Origin: Narcine bancroftii
Lineage: Eukaryota
Direction of reading: 5' to 3'
NCBI RefSeq assembly: GCF_036971445.1
Contig: NC_091482.1
Location: forward strand, 18,786,001-18,850,000
Length of the DNA stretch: 64,000 nucleotides
Part shown: positions 38,080 through 51,391 of the stretch, one piece after another
Position numbering within the stretch: position 1 is the first letter of the stretch
Layout of the letters: every line of letters starts with the position of its first letter
Program-made: the position numbers and the translations under genes
Notes under the pieces: generated by a model
Database searches by the model: none
Seen by the model: only the letters and a program-made list of their open reading frames with translations
What the model was told of the DNA's origin: nothing

Positions 38080-38545
38080 ACACAATGAGTTACTTCGAAA
38101 TGCAGTGATAGTTTAATGTGTTAGGGGGGGCTGCTATTAATTCTGCAGTTCTTGTTGCAATTGCCCTGGATTATGTTCAAGTTTTTGTGTGGTCCCACAG
38201 CTTTCAAATTAGTTCTAATAAGCAAAAGCTGAAGAGAAATAATGGAGAAAAAAAATCTTTGTAACCGTTCACGCAGCCTAATGTCTCCATAAGCAGCTCA
38301 TAATCCGATTTTAATTTTTTTTCTGTGTTCGCGTGCCAATTGGCTGTCATGAAGCATGCTGTGAAACAAAAGTAGATGATGTTTGAGTGAGGTTGATTAA
38401 GGTATTGGTACCAGAAGGAATCCATTCTTGGTCATCGAATACAACTGAAAATATTCAAGGCCTTCTGAAAAGAGAGATGGGATTTTGATATGTACTCTTT
38501 TCTGAAAGGCTATAATGCAGCTCTTCCAGAATACTGTACTGAATT
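38080..38545 (+). mobile_element. Possible ancient DeuSINE-like remnant
   Basis: caatgagttacttcgaaatgcagtgatagtttaatgtgttagg and tctgaaaggc..tgcagctcttccagaatactgtactg resemble the recalled Deu core. The match is highly diverged. Confidence 0.3.
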
Positions 38546-39454
38546 TTAAGGAAAAATGCAACTGTAAAATATCAAGATGAGATATCTTTAGACCTACTTC
38601 CTAACTTGTATTTCAATGCACAAAACTGATGGAGAAACTCAGCCAGTCATGCAGCATTCCTGATGGAGGAAAGATGTGTAACTAAGCCCCTCATCAGGAT
38701 ATGAGCAGAAAGTGGGCAGATGACTGAATAAACTAGTGGGGGAGAGGCAGGAGGAAGAGTACAGATATGTGTGGGAGAATAGAAGAGAAACAAACAGGGA
38801 AGTGATGGGGGAGGGAAAAGTGACAGCCTCTGAGGGAAACGGAGAGATGGAGAAAAAAGAACACAGGAGAAGTACCAGTAGTTGTTTGAAAATTGTTAAA
38901 GTAGACATAATCACCACAGCTACATCAATTCAAAATAAAAGCAACCTATCTCAAGTTTTCAGTAATAGAAAGTTACTGCTGATCCTCTAATTCCAATATA
39001 AATTCATTTTTTCCAATTACTTTGAATATGTTTCCATTAATTAACAATAGACTCAAACACAAAAATATATTTTTGCTTGCTTCAAAATGCTTCAGAATTT
39101 TGATCATTTCCTTTTAAACTCAGGACCGTCAGTCTCTCCATATGGTGGGTGATGAGTTCTTTCTTCCCTGGTACCATTCATGAAATTCTATTCACTTCCT
39201 CCTCAAACTTGAGAAATTTCAAGTGGTGCAATATTTTTGATATTTCCAGCCAACTTCAATTTGAACACGAAGCTGTTGCTTCACTTGGAAGGACTGTTTC
39301 TCTTCAAATGGTGAGGGGGGGAGGTGTGGGTGCTTCATGCACTGCCAACGCCCCAATCCCATGCTGACATGCCTGTCCATGGTTTCATGCACTGTCAGTG
39401 CTTGATGCTGTTGTTGCCAAGGTTAATTAAAGCCGCATTTCATTTGTAAATCTC

Positions 39455-39880
39455 CAGGGGTCATCCAGTACTCCTGTTGTGGCTCCTCTACATCAGAGAG
39501 ATGGAAGCTTGCTTTGTTTATCACCTTCTCTTTGCCCACCAAATTGTGGGGATCTTCCAGTGGCAACCTATTTCAGTTCCCTGCCCCATTCACATGCCAA
39601 TTTGTCTTCCTATTGTCTCAGGCGCTGCCAGACAAAAAACCTCCTGCAAATTGGAGGGACATTGAATGCCTTGTTTTCTATCTGGGTACCTTCCAACCGG
39701 ATTGCATTAATATCAACTTCTCCAGTTTCTGTTGGTTCGTTTTCCCTCCCCACTCTCCCCCCCACCCTCCCACATTGACAGAGCAATCCCCTCCTCTGAT
39801 CAATTTTATCCTATCATCCTATCCATTTCCAAACATGGCCTTTTGCCTGTTGACCTATACTTCTCCCTCTCCCCTCAAAT
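39455..39880 (+). mobile_element. Penelope GIY-YIG remnant
   Basis: Broken frames encode LLYIRE, LPVATYF and LGTFQPDCININFS, matching 44290-45190 in the opposite orientation. Confidence 0.65.
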
Positions 39881-40826
39881 GACAAGGTGGCACACAGATG
39901 GCAATGTTGCTAAATGGAAATTAATGTAATAATGTATAGTGATTGAAATGTATGGATACGAATATAAGCGTGCAGAGACTTTCAATGGCTTTGTGTTTGT
40001 AAATTATTTTGAATAAAGTCCATTTTTAAAAAAAAAAGTTGGTTATATATCTTTAATTTCAATGAATGCTGTGTGATCTTCTGAGTTCCTCCAGCATTTT
40101 TGTGTTTTTACTTAACTATAGCCTACTTTCTGTTATTAACGTGTTAAATGACTTCACGCAGTTGAACTTGGGTCCTCTTGGTCGATATCGCTCAGTTCCA
40201 TGCTCTTTCATTATATTTCCATTGTCCCTAAAATTGATTTCAAAAGAATATTATTTATCCACTATAGATATAATTAATTTTGGTGCAAATTAAACCCTTA
40301 AAAGAATCCAAGATTTCATCAATCCTCTAATAACATTTGTGAAATAGTGGATTTTTAATGGCACTCAATGGTAGCGGCAGCACAATTTTTTTTCTATAAC
40401 CTTACTGAAATGAGTTGCAAGTTTTTCTTCAAACTGAACTTCGCTCCTCAGCTGCCGTGCAGGGATTTGATTTGCATCCATTTGATTTCTGGTGCAAGAC
40501 CATGAAAATTGCTCCTTTGCTCATTAAACCTCCATTACGTTGGTGATGGGCTGAATATTAGAGTATTTATGTATTTTTCTTTTAATGTGCCTTTGTTCAA
40601 GTGATTATTAATAAAGACATTTTTATTGTCCTTGATTGTTTCTGAAATATTTTGAATTTTTGGACATGTATCAATCAGAGGCCAAAGGACCAAATCATAG
40701 GCCAGTGGCTCAATGTGGGAGGAAATACGGGGCTTGAGTCTGCATTATATCGCTATAATGATGATTTGACTTCATTGGAAGAGTATGATGATAAACTCGA
40801 ACCAGGGAATTGGTGGAACTTCCAAT

Positions 40827-41794
40827 TGTTATGGGCCCAGAGGACCCCAAAACCCAGTAGCAATAGAAATTCACCAAGACAAATGTATACTTTAACAAAA
40901 GTCGTTTTTAATTTTCTTTAAACGTGGAAAAAAGGACCAAACTTTAACCTAACTTAACCCCCTTTTAATTCTAAGTGTATTTGTAGGTAATGTGTATAAG
41001 TTCAGAAAAGTTCTTTGATTCACAGTTCAATCTCACTTTTCACTCCTCCAATTTCATTGGTATCAGGTAATTCTTATACTGTTCACAGAATTTAACATTT
41101 ATGAATTTTCACAAAGCTCTGGTGTTTTAAAGTAATTGGTTGTCACTCAGGGAGGTTCTCGTTGGTTTCAGAGAGAGATTCGTCGCTTGTTTGACACACA
41201 CAAACTGATTCCCTCTGATCATCCAATTCAATGTCTTGCCGAAGAAACTTGCCCCATTAGGGTTTTTCCAAATGATAACCTCTTCTTCTCCAGGTCACCA
41301 CAGAGTTCCTTTTTGTTTCCCTTATTTCAAGTGAAACACTCTCGTCACCCATTTCCTCTTGTATGGGCTACATGGGTTGTTTCAGAACTCACTACCCATC
41401 TTCAAAATGGGGTTTTAAACAAACTGCCAACTTACCATGCTGCAGAAACCAGTTCTCTCTCTGCTTGCTAAACCACATGACCGTCTTAGAACAGCAAACT
41501 GCACTCAGACAGATTGCGGCACTGGACCCAATCTTCTGAGTCCGTTCAACTGTTGCTTTCAAAAGAATAATCCATTACGCCACAGCATGTCCAATTTGCA
41601 CTGACTTGTGAAGTCCTTATAGGCATTCTTCAAAGTTTTTGCAAAGGCACTCGGAGCCTGGACTGTCTGGCTTGAGCAGAGCACTGGCATTTTAAATGAG
41701 ATCTGTTTTATGAAGTGTTTCTGTTTGTGACCTACACTATTCCCACAATCTATCTCCTTCAAAAACAATATAAAATATGATATGATCTATCACA
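40827..41794. mobile_element. Solo LTR with 4-bp TSD
   Basis: Termini tgttat...tatcaca with TSD caat at 40823-40826 and 41795-41798. Same family as 25055-26013. Confidence 0.85.
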
Positions 41795-42564
41795 CAATTC
41801 AGTGAATTATATCCACAGTTCAACAATTTTAAAGTGGAAACTTTTTTGACAAAGTTGATTTTATTTTTATTTTCAATACATCATTAAAACTTGAAGATTT
41901 CAATGTTGAAATACTTCAGAATCCTGCTGGATGTGGGAATTGCAACTAGCAGAAATTACTTGGGCAGATGAACAGTTTTTGGAAGCAAGTTCTTCATAGT
42001 TTCTGTTTTTAAGCTCTGCCATATTTTTAAACTTGGTATTGGATTTCTCTGCTGCAACTCAGTTTAATGGTCACTTTGAGTTGTTAAGAGTATTGTCAAA
42101 TTTGCTTCTGTTTTGAGTCCTGATCAACTAAGTGTTAAGTGCAATTTCAGTTGGGCATTGCAAATCAGTTGTTTGCCACAAATGATACATCAGTGGAGCA
42201 TTGTGTATGTGGTTATGCTTTTGAGTTGTTAAATATTGGCAAATGCTTATTTGTGTTAGTAAATAATTTGAAAAATGTCATTCAAAGTCAATCTTGTGCA
42301 ATAAATTGGGATGTGGCATATTTTGAAATGAGTTACAATTTTATAATTATATTGAAAGCTATCACGCGTTCGGAATTGAAATAATGCATTATTTCCACAA
42401 TTGTTAACTGTGCTTAACCCTTTTTTTTTTGCTGCTAAGAAAAAGCAAATGATAATCTATCTTCTTGCAATTTATGTATGTTACATAGTAACATTTCAAA
42501 ATTACTAGTTCATCTTTTGTTGCTCTGTATCTTCAGTAATTAAGCACTTAAGTCTCAACTTTTA

Positions 42565-43529
42565 AGCCCCTTTTACACTTGCATTCCACTAAATCAGCTG
42601 TTTATTGTCCCAGGATAGGAATGGTGTTTTTGCTGTTCACACTTGACCACTCTTAACTGGAACACTGCACACATTCACAGTTGCAAGGAGCCATCCCCGG
42701 GTGAGGACTGATGTACTTTATACCAATGATGTCATGATGCATCAAGCAAAGGGGGAACCTCCCCTAAACTAAATCCTGATCAATGTATTATGATCTTATA
42801 TTTGAACTACATTAATCATGCTCAATTATAATATAATTAAGCTTCATGTACAGCACAGTATGAGCCCTTCAGCCCCTGTTGTTGTTGTGTTGACCTATAT
42901 AAACCTTTATAAGGGACCGTGGGAAAGTGCTAGCAATAAATAGCAACACCAGACAATTTTTAAACAGCGTGGGAATGTTGATGGGGCTCTCGTGCACAGT
43001 TTAAACAGCATGGTAGCGCTCTTGTGCACAATGTAGAAATACCATGGGAAGAAGCAATGGCGGATCTGCCCTTCCAGAATTCTGTACGGCAGAGAAAGGG
43101 CTGTATGCACGGCTGCTTGCACGGAGCACACGTGGAGGGATTTCTCTGCTGCGTGAAATTTTGGGAAGTTAGGTCCACCATTGCCTTATCCCCACAGTCT
43201 TTATAAATTGTGCGCTATAGCACTACCAATTTTCCCGCACTATTTATAAAAAAAATGTCTGCTATTGCTATTTATTTCCTCTCTCCCACTGCGACTTTCC
43301 CACAGCAAGGTTTATACCTTCATTTTTAATCTTCCTTCACGTTCCTGCACTCATACAAAAACTTGGGTCATTTCTATCCCAGAATGCACTTTCCCATTTT
43401 ACACTTGCCTGCTTGCAATGCTGGCATCTGTAGACGCTGGAGATTGAGAAGATTTTGCTTTCACACTAGACCCTTTTTAGGCCGATCGGCCGTTAATTCC
43501 TTGGACCACTTGTAAATGTGAAAGGGGCT
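42565..43529. mobile_element. Non-autonomous PIF/Harbinger-like DNA element
   Basis: TIRs agccccttttacacttgca / tgtaaatgtgaaaggggct in a TTA-like context, with subterminal tcacact/ttacact repeats. Confidence 0.6.
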
Positions 43530-44289
43530 TTTAACACCTATCTGTTCTACAATGAAAATTCAGTGATCCTACTATTTTGTGAATCAGTATCTGATTCAGC
43601 AGGTGATATTCCCATATTCCTTATAAACTGTGCCCTCACTCACTTTGATCACATCTGCTGCCCCACACCCTTGTTCCTTTAAACACCATTTCCTGCACTC
43701 CCTTTAAATCCTCTGGGCACACAAAATGTTAATGACACTACCTTATAACATGTTTTAAAAAAAGATGAATTAAAAGTGATTTGGGATATTAATAACAACA
43801 ACATCCAAAATTCTATGTAAAACCAGAAGCAAAAACAAAATGCTGGTACCACTCAGTATATCAGGCAGCATCTTTGGGAGGAGAAGGAACAGTTAATACT
43901 TTGATTTAGGATTCCTCATCATATTGTCTTTGATAACGTTGGCTCTTGGTAAAGCTTCAGTCTTGATGTTCATTTTTATTTTTGAAATCTATTCCTATCT
44001 CATTCATCCCTCCCAGTTTCACTCGTTTCTTAAAGCATTAGACCCTTTTAATCCTCCCTAAATTTTCTTCATGATTCATGTGTGTGTGAAGCTACTGAGT
44101 CTCTGAGCTTTGGAAATGGAGCCTTGATAACTGAAGATTTATTAGAGAATTGAAAGAAACTCTTCTTCCCATGACCTAACTTCTGCCAACTGCCCAAATA
44201 ACCCAGATTTTGTTCGTAAATATGTGCTGTTCCAAATGAAGCCTTGGATGTATACCGTACTAGTTTAAGTGGAACCATCTAAATTTTCA

Positions 44290-45190
44290 AAATGTGTATT
44301 GTTGAATGTGGAAGACCGGAAGTTTGAATGGATCTTGTGATTGTAAAAACACACCAAAATACTGGAAGAACTCAGCCAGTCTTTTCAGCATCCATAAAAA
44401 AGCAAAGATATATTGGTGATGTTTTGGGCCCTCCTTCAAGGAATAAGCAGATTGAGCCAGAAACAGGAAATCTCAGAAAGTCTCAGAATTCAGATAATGC
44501 TGGCTGTGGGAGGAATCCAGCCCAACAAAATTGGATAGAAGGGACGAATTTATCATGTTTGTTTGTAAGGAGACAGCAAAGGGAGAGACAGAGCTGAGGG
44601 AAGGTGATGGGGGAAGAGGGGGGGGGGGGATGTTTAATGGAAGCCTGAGAAGTCAATATTAATGCCATGCGGTTGGAGAGAGCCCAGTCAGAAGATGAGG
44701 TGTTGTTCCTCCAATTTGTGGTTGATCTCAGTTTGAGAGTGCATTGGACCATGGACAGATATGACAGCAAGGGAAAGGGCTGGGGAACTGAAATGGGTGG
44801 CCACTGGGAAATCCACACAGTTGTGGCGGACAGAGCCAAGGTGCTCAACAAAGCGATCTCCCAGTCTGTGTCCAGACTCTCCTGTATAGAGGAGACCATA
44901 ACAGGAGCACTGGATGCAGATTCTCGTGAAATTTTGTTTCACTCGAAAGGACTGTTTGCAGCCCCAAATGGTAGTGAGGGAGGAGGTGTGGGTGCAAATG
45001 AAGCATCTCTTGTAGGTCCCAAGGAAAAAATTGGTGGGGAGGGTGGAATGGACAAGGGAGTCGTGGAGGGAGCGGTGGAGAAGGTGGAGAAGGGAATTTG
45101 TGTCTTGTGGTGGGATCACGTAGTAGGCGGCAGAGTTGGCAGAGGAGGATGTGTTGGATGTGGAGATTGGTGGGGTGGTAGGTGAGGACA
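44290..45190 (-). mobile_element. Penelope-like element 3' part (GIY-YIG endonuclease plus terminal region)
   Basis: Encodes CIQCSCYGLLYTGESGHRLGDRFVEHLGSVR...PVATHF...KLEEQHLIF. Confidence 0.85.
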
Positions 45191-47322
45191 AGAGGTTAGA
45201 TTTGATGAAGGTTATTTCCATCTGTTTGTAAAATCCAGCCCTTAGTCAAAGATTTATGTACATTTAATTTAAATCATATTGCAAGGGTCCTTTTTGTACC
45301 ATACTTACAAAGTCAAAATTTGGGCACTGCCAATACCTAATGATTGTAACTAAATACAAATTATTGTCTTCTTGTATGGAGATTCTAGTTTAGTCAAAAT
45401 GCTTCCTTCAACGAAAAAGAACATCTATTCTAGCTGTATTTCTGCAATTGTAGTGCAGTATGAAAATTTCATTGTCCCCTCCATAGTTGGCTGGGCAAAT
45501 GAGTAATTTTTGCAGAGAAGAAAGATGAAACAGTAAAAATGCATTTTGCTGTTTAAAGCCAATCAAGTCTGGTGGGAACCTTTATATTTTGAATTCATGA
45601 AATCTTGTATTTTAAAAAGGAATTGCATGACTAGCTGTCTTACTGACGTTAAAAAAAATAGATATCTGAAGCAGTTCCAATTTCTGATAAATCAAAAGGT
45701 CAGTGATATGGTGATCAGGAAGATAGAGTAATAAAATTGGTGACTAATTCTGGTAAAGGCCAGTGAATAACTAAACACACGCCAGTGGGTAATAGAAATA
45801 GAAAATGAGAAAGATCTGAAATTTCTTGAAAATGGAATGAAATGCTGGAAAATTGAACTGCAAAGCAAGAGTTCTTAGAAGCCATTTCATTCGCTATTGA
45901 GCCCAGAAAGCAGTAATGTACCATTTTAGAAGAGGTACTTTTTCTTGAGCTCTTTATTACAACACTGCAGGGAGGTAAAGATAGTTTAGTCAGAGAGGGA
46001 GACAAATGGATAATTCCATTGATGGTCTACTGCCAGTTCAAAGACTAACACAAGCCACTTACAGGTGGCCACAATACCCAACTGTAAAGCAGCCTATTGT
46101 ACTCCTATGCGGCTGTCGGGTGGCCACCTAAAAGTAGAGAACCCAGCCAGGAGGTTTACCTTCCTAACCCTTCTTCTGTAGGTATAATATCCTGCTCCAA
46201 GAATTCCCCCGTTGCACCTGAAAGCTGCTCAGGCAAAGCTGCTTGCAGCTTTCAGGTGCCTAGCAGCGGACAGGCTGTTGACAGTTAGCTGGAGACCCAC
46301 TGACAGCCACCCTCCCCGCTGCGGACACCTACCCTCCCCTCTGCCTTACAGTCCCCCGGCGGGGAACTATGGGACTGGGGCAGCTGGCGGGGGACTACGG
46401 GGCCAAACATTGTTTCGTTTCCCTTGTTTAGATTCCCTTGTTTAGATGAGACCAGTGTATTAGTTTTGAAGCAGAATACAAAGTCACCAGTACAAGCAAA
46501 TCATTGCTTCATCTTGAAAGAGATTTTGGGAGCCTGGAAAATGGGGCAAAAGGGAGCTGTACCAGAAAATGTTGCATCTCTTTCAGTTGCATGGGATGGT
46601 GCTGTGAGAAAGGGTGAGAAATCGAGGAATTGGAAGAGAGTCAGAAAAATGTTCAAAGTAGATGGGAATAGACTTGATTGTTGGTAGCATCTCGTTGTGA
46701 ATTGGTATATGAAAGAAATGTAAAGTGCATGTTTCAAGACCTCCTAGTCTGATGGTTTGTGAGATCCTACTTGGCTGAGTTTAAAAAGTTGGTTTGTGTT
46801 GATTTTACGTTTAATGCTTTGGTGTTTTATTTTGCAACATTATATATTGCAGAATTTACTAATTCAGATTATCACAATTTTTAATGATCTTTTAAATGCA
46901 TGTTGATTTGTCCCAAAGAGATCTTGCTAAAGTAGCAACTCTTAGTGGACCGTTGATTGCTGTTCTGTCTTTTCAATGCATTTCCATTGCAGTTAATCTA
47001 CCTAATACAACTTTTCATCACTAATCAAATTTGGAGTGGGGTGTTTTTGTGTATGTCATAAGCAAATTTGCTTTGTCTTTTTCACTCTAGATCTTGTTCT
47101 ATTCTGTTCACATGACCAATTCCACTTTTCTGCTTGATAATTTGAATGGATGGTGGTTCTGAATTCTGTTGCCAAATAGCACTATCTCCCACACAGCACA
47201 AAGAATTCAGAATATTTTCCTCCTCACTATAATTAAATATCAATGTGAAAAATGTATTAAAAGCCTAAATGTTACAGCTTTGAAAAGTTTGTCTACTAAC
47301 TGACATTTCTTTTTCAATACAG

Positions 47323-47450
47323 TTACAGACATAGAGCTAAAAAGATTGAAAGATGCTTTTAAAAGAACGAGTGGGCTTTCTTGTTATATGAACCAACAAG
47401 CCTTTGTCAAGGAAGTGCTTGGAGATGGAGTTCCACCCAAAGTTGCAGAA
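47323..47450 (+). CDS. USP32: Ubiquitin-specific protease 32, coding exon 2
   Basis: Splice context tttctttttcaatacag|TTACA...GCAGAA|gtaagt, 128 nt. Encodes (V)TDIELKRLKDAFKRTSGLSCYMNQQAFVKEVLGDGVPPKVAE, in frame with exon 1 and matching USP32. Confidence 0.97.
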
Positions 47451-49644
47451 GTAAGTGCTTAAATGTTTGAAAAGGATCATCTGATTTAAATGTTAATGAA
47501 ATAGTGTATATAGAAGGGTCTGGCCTCTCAGCAGTTTGAAGGGCAATGATGTTATGGCAAAACCTTTAAAGCATGATTGACATTATTTCAATGTAAAACA
47601 AAATAAATTTAAATTGGGATGTTTCTGTTTCAGCTCTTAATATCAATTTAAGCAGATAGATATAATAACATGTTCGTTATCTCAAAATTAATTCAAATGT
47701 GATGCTGTCCAGCAATGAAATGATTAATATTTATGACTGGAACTGCTGTGTTCATATTCTTCTGTATATTCTTGGCTCATGTTTTGTATTTGACATTTTA
47801 AAGGAAATCATTCCCAAGTACAAATCAATTAGGCATTTTTATGTTTAAATTATAAAGTCCTCTCAATTCATGTGACAACTGTAGAGGATTTTGTCTTCAG
47901 GTATATCATGGGGCTTCTATCAATTTCCAATGGGATTAAAACAGCTGCACTACCAAAAAACATTTCCTAATTTATTTTGATTGAAGACTTGAAAACTTTG
48001 TTTTGCTTGAATCAGGTCTCTGGGGTAAGGAGGGTAAGCCATTCAATTCAAAGAATATTTTTTTACTGAATTATTTCGATAATAAAATGGATTGTTTATT
48101 TCTTTTAAAACTATACATGTTTACATTTATACAAAAGCAAAAGACAGTAGATGCTACTTTTCTTAACTCTTAACATTTTAGAAATTATGTGGCCTATCTG
48201 TTTGATATTGGAGAAACTGCCTTTAATTTTTGATAGATACTTGGGCAAAGTACATCCATGAAATCAAGAAAATAAATTGCTGTATGCGGTTTTGTATGTC
48301 TCATTGTTTGTGGCCACAGGCACGAGTGTGCATAGCCGAGCATAAAATAACTATCATAAATTCTAATGTTTTGTGGCTATTGTTTATGATGTCTCCCTGT
48401 TTAATATTTTCTTTTCTGTTAAAGTTGTAGAGCAATTTAATGGTGAGATATTGTAACATTTTTCCCAAAGCTAATTGTGTCTTGACATCTGAGCATACAA
48501 CAGTTTTATTTCAACCTTCTGGCAAACGTTCAGGATGTGGAATGGGAGTTTGCATAAGTTATTTGCTGTGAAACTGAAGTAAAAAAAAAACTTCATACTG
48601 ACTCTTCACAAACTTGAGAAACAAAGTTGGAAATGTGGCTTCATCACTACAGAATTACCTTATTTCCTAATTTTTTTCTTGAGTGATCAGCATTATAATA
48701 AAAGATTCATTTTTAATTTTATCATCAAAATTCTAAGCAGGTTAATACAAATAAAAATTTTTTGTTATTTTAAAAAAAATCAAACTTTCCAGGAGGTTGG
48801 AGATATCCCAAAAATGAAAGTCAAACATCTTATCAGTTTGAAATATTTGACCCTGATCGCAATTGGGCTGCAAGCTTTCCAAGTTTTGGTGTAGCTTTCT
48901 TTGGTTGTCAAATACTGCTTTTGCAGTCAAGCACAGATTGTAAGTTTGACTTTTGATTTAATATTTTTCAGTGAGTGATTTTGATAGTTTAACTTCAATT
49001 TGCTTGGATATTTGAGATGTCTTCATGGATGTTGAACTTTGTGCTCTACCTAGGTTATTTAGGAATTGTTTTTTATGGTTATTGAGTTGAATCATTCTGT
49101 TAATGCTTCCAAGTACCCATTTATCATGAAAGGAAAGAATGTCCTGCTGTACATTACTATAGGCAGTACTTGGTTTTGTTTTTAAATTTGAGTTGTAAAA
49201 CAACTTTTAAATTAATATATCCTACTAAGCTCTCTGTAAATTTGATAAAAGAGGCTCTTTAGAGCTATCACTACCAGCTAACTTTGTATCATCAGTCAAT
49301 TTGACTTAAATCTATATCACTTTTTCAAGTTGTTGATGTAATATGTGGGCAATTGGGCCCTATCACTGTTATCTGTGGCATCTCACTGGTCACAGCCCCC
49401 CCACTTCTCTTGGGTTCATGTTTCAAGTTCTATTCATAATTCTATTAATGATAATTACAAATGAAAGAAACTCAAACAGATTGTCAAACATTATTTTACT
49501 TTTATAAACCTATGTCGACTACTGCCCTATCCTATTATTTCCAGAGTTGTATGATCACCAGATTAATAACGGAACCTAGCTTTTAACTGAGCATTAATAT
49601 AATTCTAAGTCGTCACTAGTTCTCTATTTTCATTCCCATATTTG

Positions 49645-49647
<3 letters not shown>

Positions 49648-49697
<50 letters not shown>
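49648..49697. repeat. (CT)n microsatellite
   Basis: About 25 CT units. Confidence 0.95.
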
Positions 49698-49701
<4 letters not shown>

Positions 49702-49809
49702 GCTCTTAAATAGTAAAGTTATATTTGCTACTTGCACTATGGAGAATGTTTTAAAAAAAAGTGGTTGAATTACAGTGGATCACATCAAAAAATTGTAGAA
49801 CTGAAAGAA

Positions 49810-50170
49810 AATGGAGAGTGAGAGTTTTGACATTTGCTGAAAGGTTGGATAAACTGGAGTTGTATACATTGGTATTTAGAAGGATGAGGGGAGATATGAT
49901 TGAGATATATAAGATTATTAAGGGATTGGACACGATAGAAACTGATTTCATGTTCCTGATGTTGGGGGAGACTAGGACTAGAGGCCATAGCTTAAGAATA
50001 CAGGGAAGGCCCTTTAGGACACAGATGAGAGTTTATTTTTACCCAGAGAGTTGTGGGTCTGTGGAATGCTTTGCCACAGAGGGTGGTAGAGGCAGGTTCT
50101 CTGGATAGGTTAAAGAAGGAGTTAGATAAGATTCTTGTGGACAGGGAAATTGAGGGTTATGGGGAGAAGG
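49810..50170 (+). mobile_element. CR1 LINE 3' end
   Basis: Encodes ERLDKLELYTLVFRRMRGDMIEIYKIIKG..TRGHSL and LWNALPQRVVEA. Confidence 0.85.
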
Positions 50171-51391
50171 ACTGTTCACTATTTTCTGGAGGAACTAAAT
50201 TCATAAGTCAGAGTGAGAAATGTTTGTATTTCGAGTACAAACAAATTTACAAGATCTGTAGATGTGTCACTCTAGAGGGGGGGGGAAAAGAGAAGCAAAT
50301 TAATGAACCTTATGCCCTTGAGTACCATGTGGATCCCCACAAGAGATGACACAAGTCTTTGAAAGTTTGCTTGGGAAGGTTCCAGTCAAATTTTGGGCTT
50401 CATAATTTCATGGGTCCATTCGTTAGATCATTCAGCTCTAACAGCTGAACCTCAACAAAGTCACTTCAGTGTCCCTACTTGCCAAGAGTAAAAAGATAAA
50501 TGCTGGAAGAGCTCAGCATCTGTGAAGGCAAAAAAAAAGTCACTGTTTTTGGGTTGTGACTCTGCACCAGGCCAAGGACATCAGGGCTCTGAGCCGACAG
50601 CCATCTTCTTCTTTCACTGTATTCTCGCTTTGAACCTTTTTGCTCCAGATTCCAGCATCTGCAGGGTCTTGTGTTTCCTTTTAGTGGAAATCACTGTTGA
50701 CAATGTTCCTTCATTATTTGATGGCCTCATCCCTCCCTACTATCGAGCTTTCCCCATTTCTATAACCCTACAAGATTTGTGCAGACCCTCTGTGCTGGCT
50801 TCATGCATATTCTCAACTTTAACTGCCCCATTCTTTTAAAAAATTATTTTTAAATTTTTCACACTATGAACCATACTGACCAAAATACACACAAACATTT
50901 CCCTCTTGAATAAACACAGTGTCATTTTCTCCCCTTTTTCTCCCTTCCCTCCCTCCTTCACCCCCCACCCCCCCAACTCACTCAGCGTTCAACATATATG
51001 ATACATTAAACGATGTAAGCCCCATTCTTGGTGTGATCTTCAGATGCAAGACACAGATCTCTCTGGAGTTCCCTTCTCTTTTGACTCTCCATCTTTTTAA
51101 AAATATTTATCTTGTATTTTGCTCTTTTAAATGCCTTTTAAGCAAATTTTTGTCACACTTCCTAATATTTCTCTACATGAATTTACAAATTTGATCATGC
51201 TTCTGTGAAGTACCAGAAGGATATTGTGATTAAGGTTCCATAAAAATGTCTATTTTTATATAATCTATTTTAGTGGCTAGAGTATTTTGTGAATGTTTTA
51301 TTTTATTTTACTTGTTCTGTAGAGAATTGATTTTTGTTAGAAAATGAAAATCTTGGAAACTCTAGAATAATTTTCATTATGCTGTTGGTAA

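Noticed and set aside
40810-41850. ggtggaacttccaa and ttcaacaatttt..agtgg on either side of the LTR, loosely resembling USP32 exon 3 (GGTS..FNN)
   Set aside because: Lies upstream of exon 2, has no acceptor, and the frame is broken across the join; probably chance. The true exon 3 was not found in the window.
50170-50200. CSLFSGGTK peptide resembling USP32 exon 3/4 words
   Set aside because: Directly abuts a CR1 tail, has no splice sites, and the similarity does not extend.
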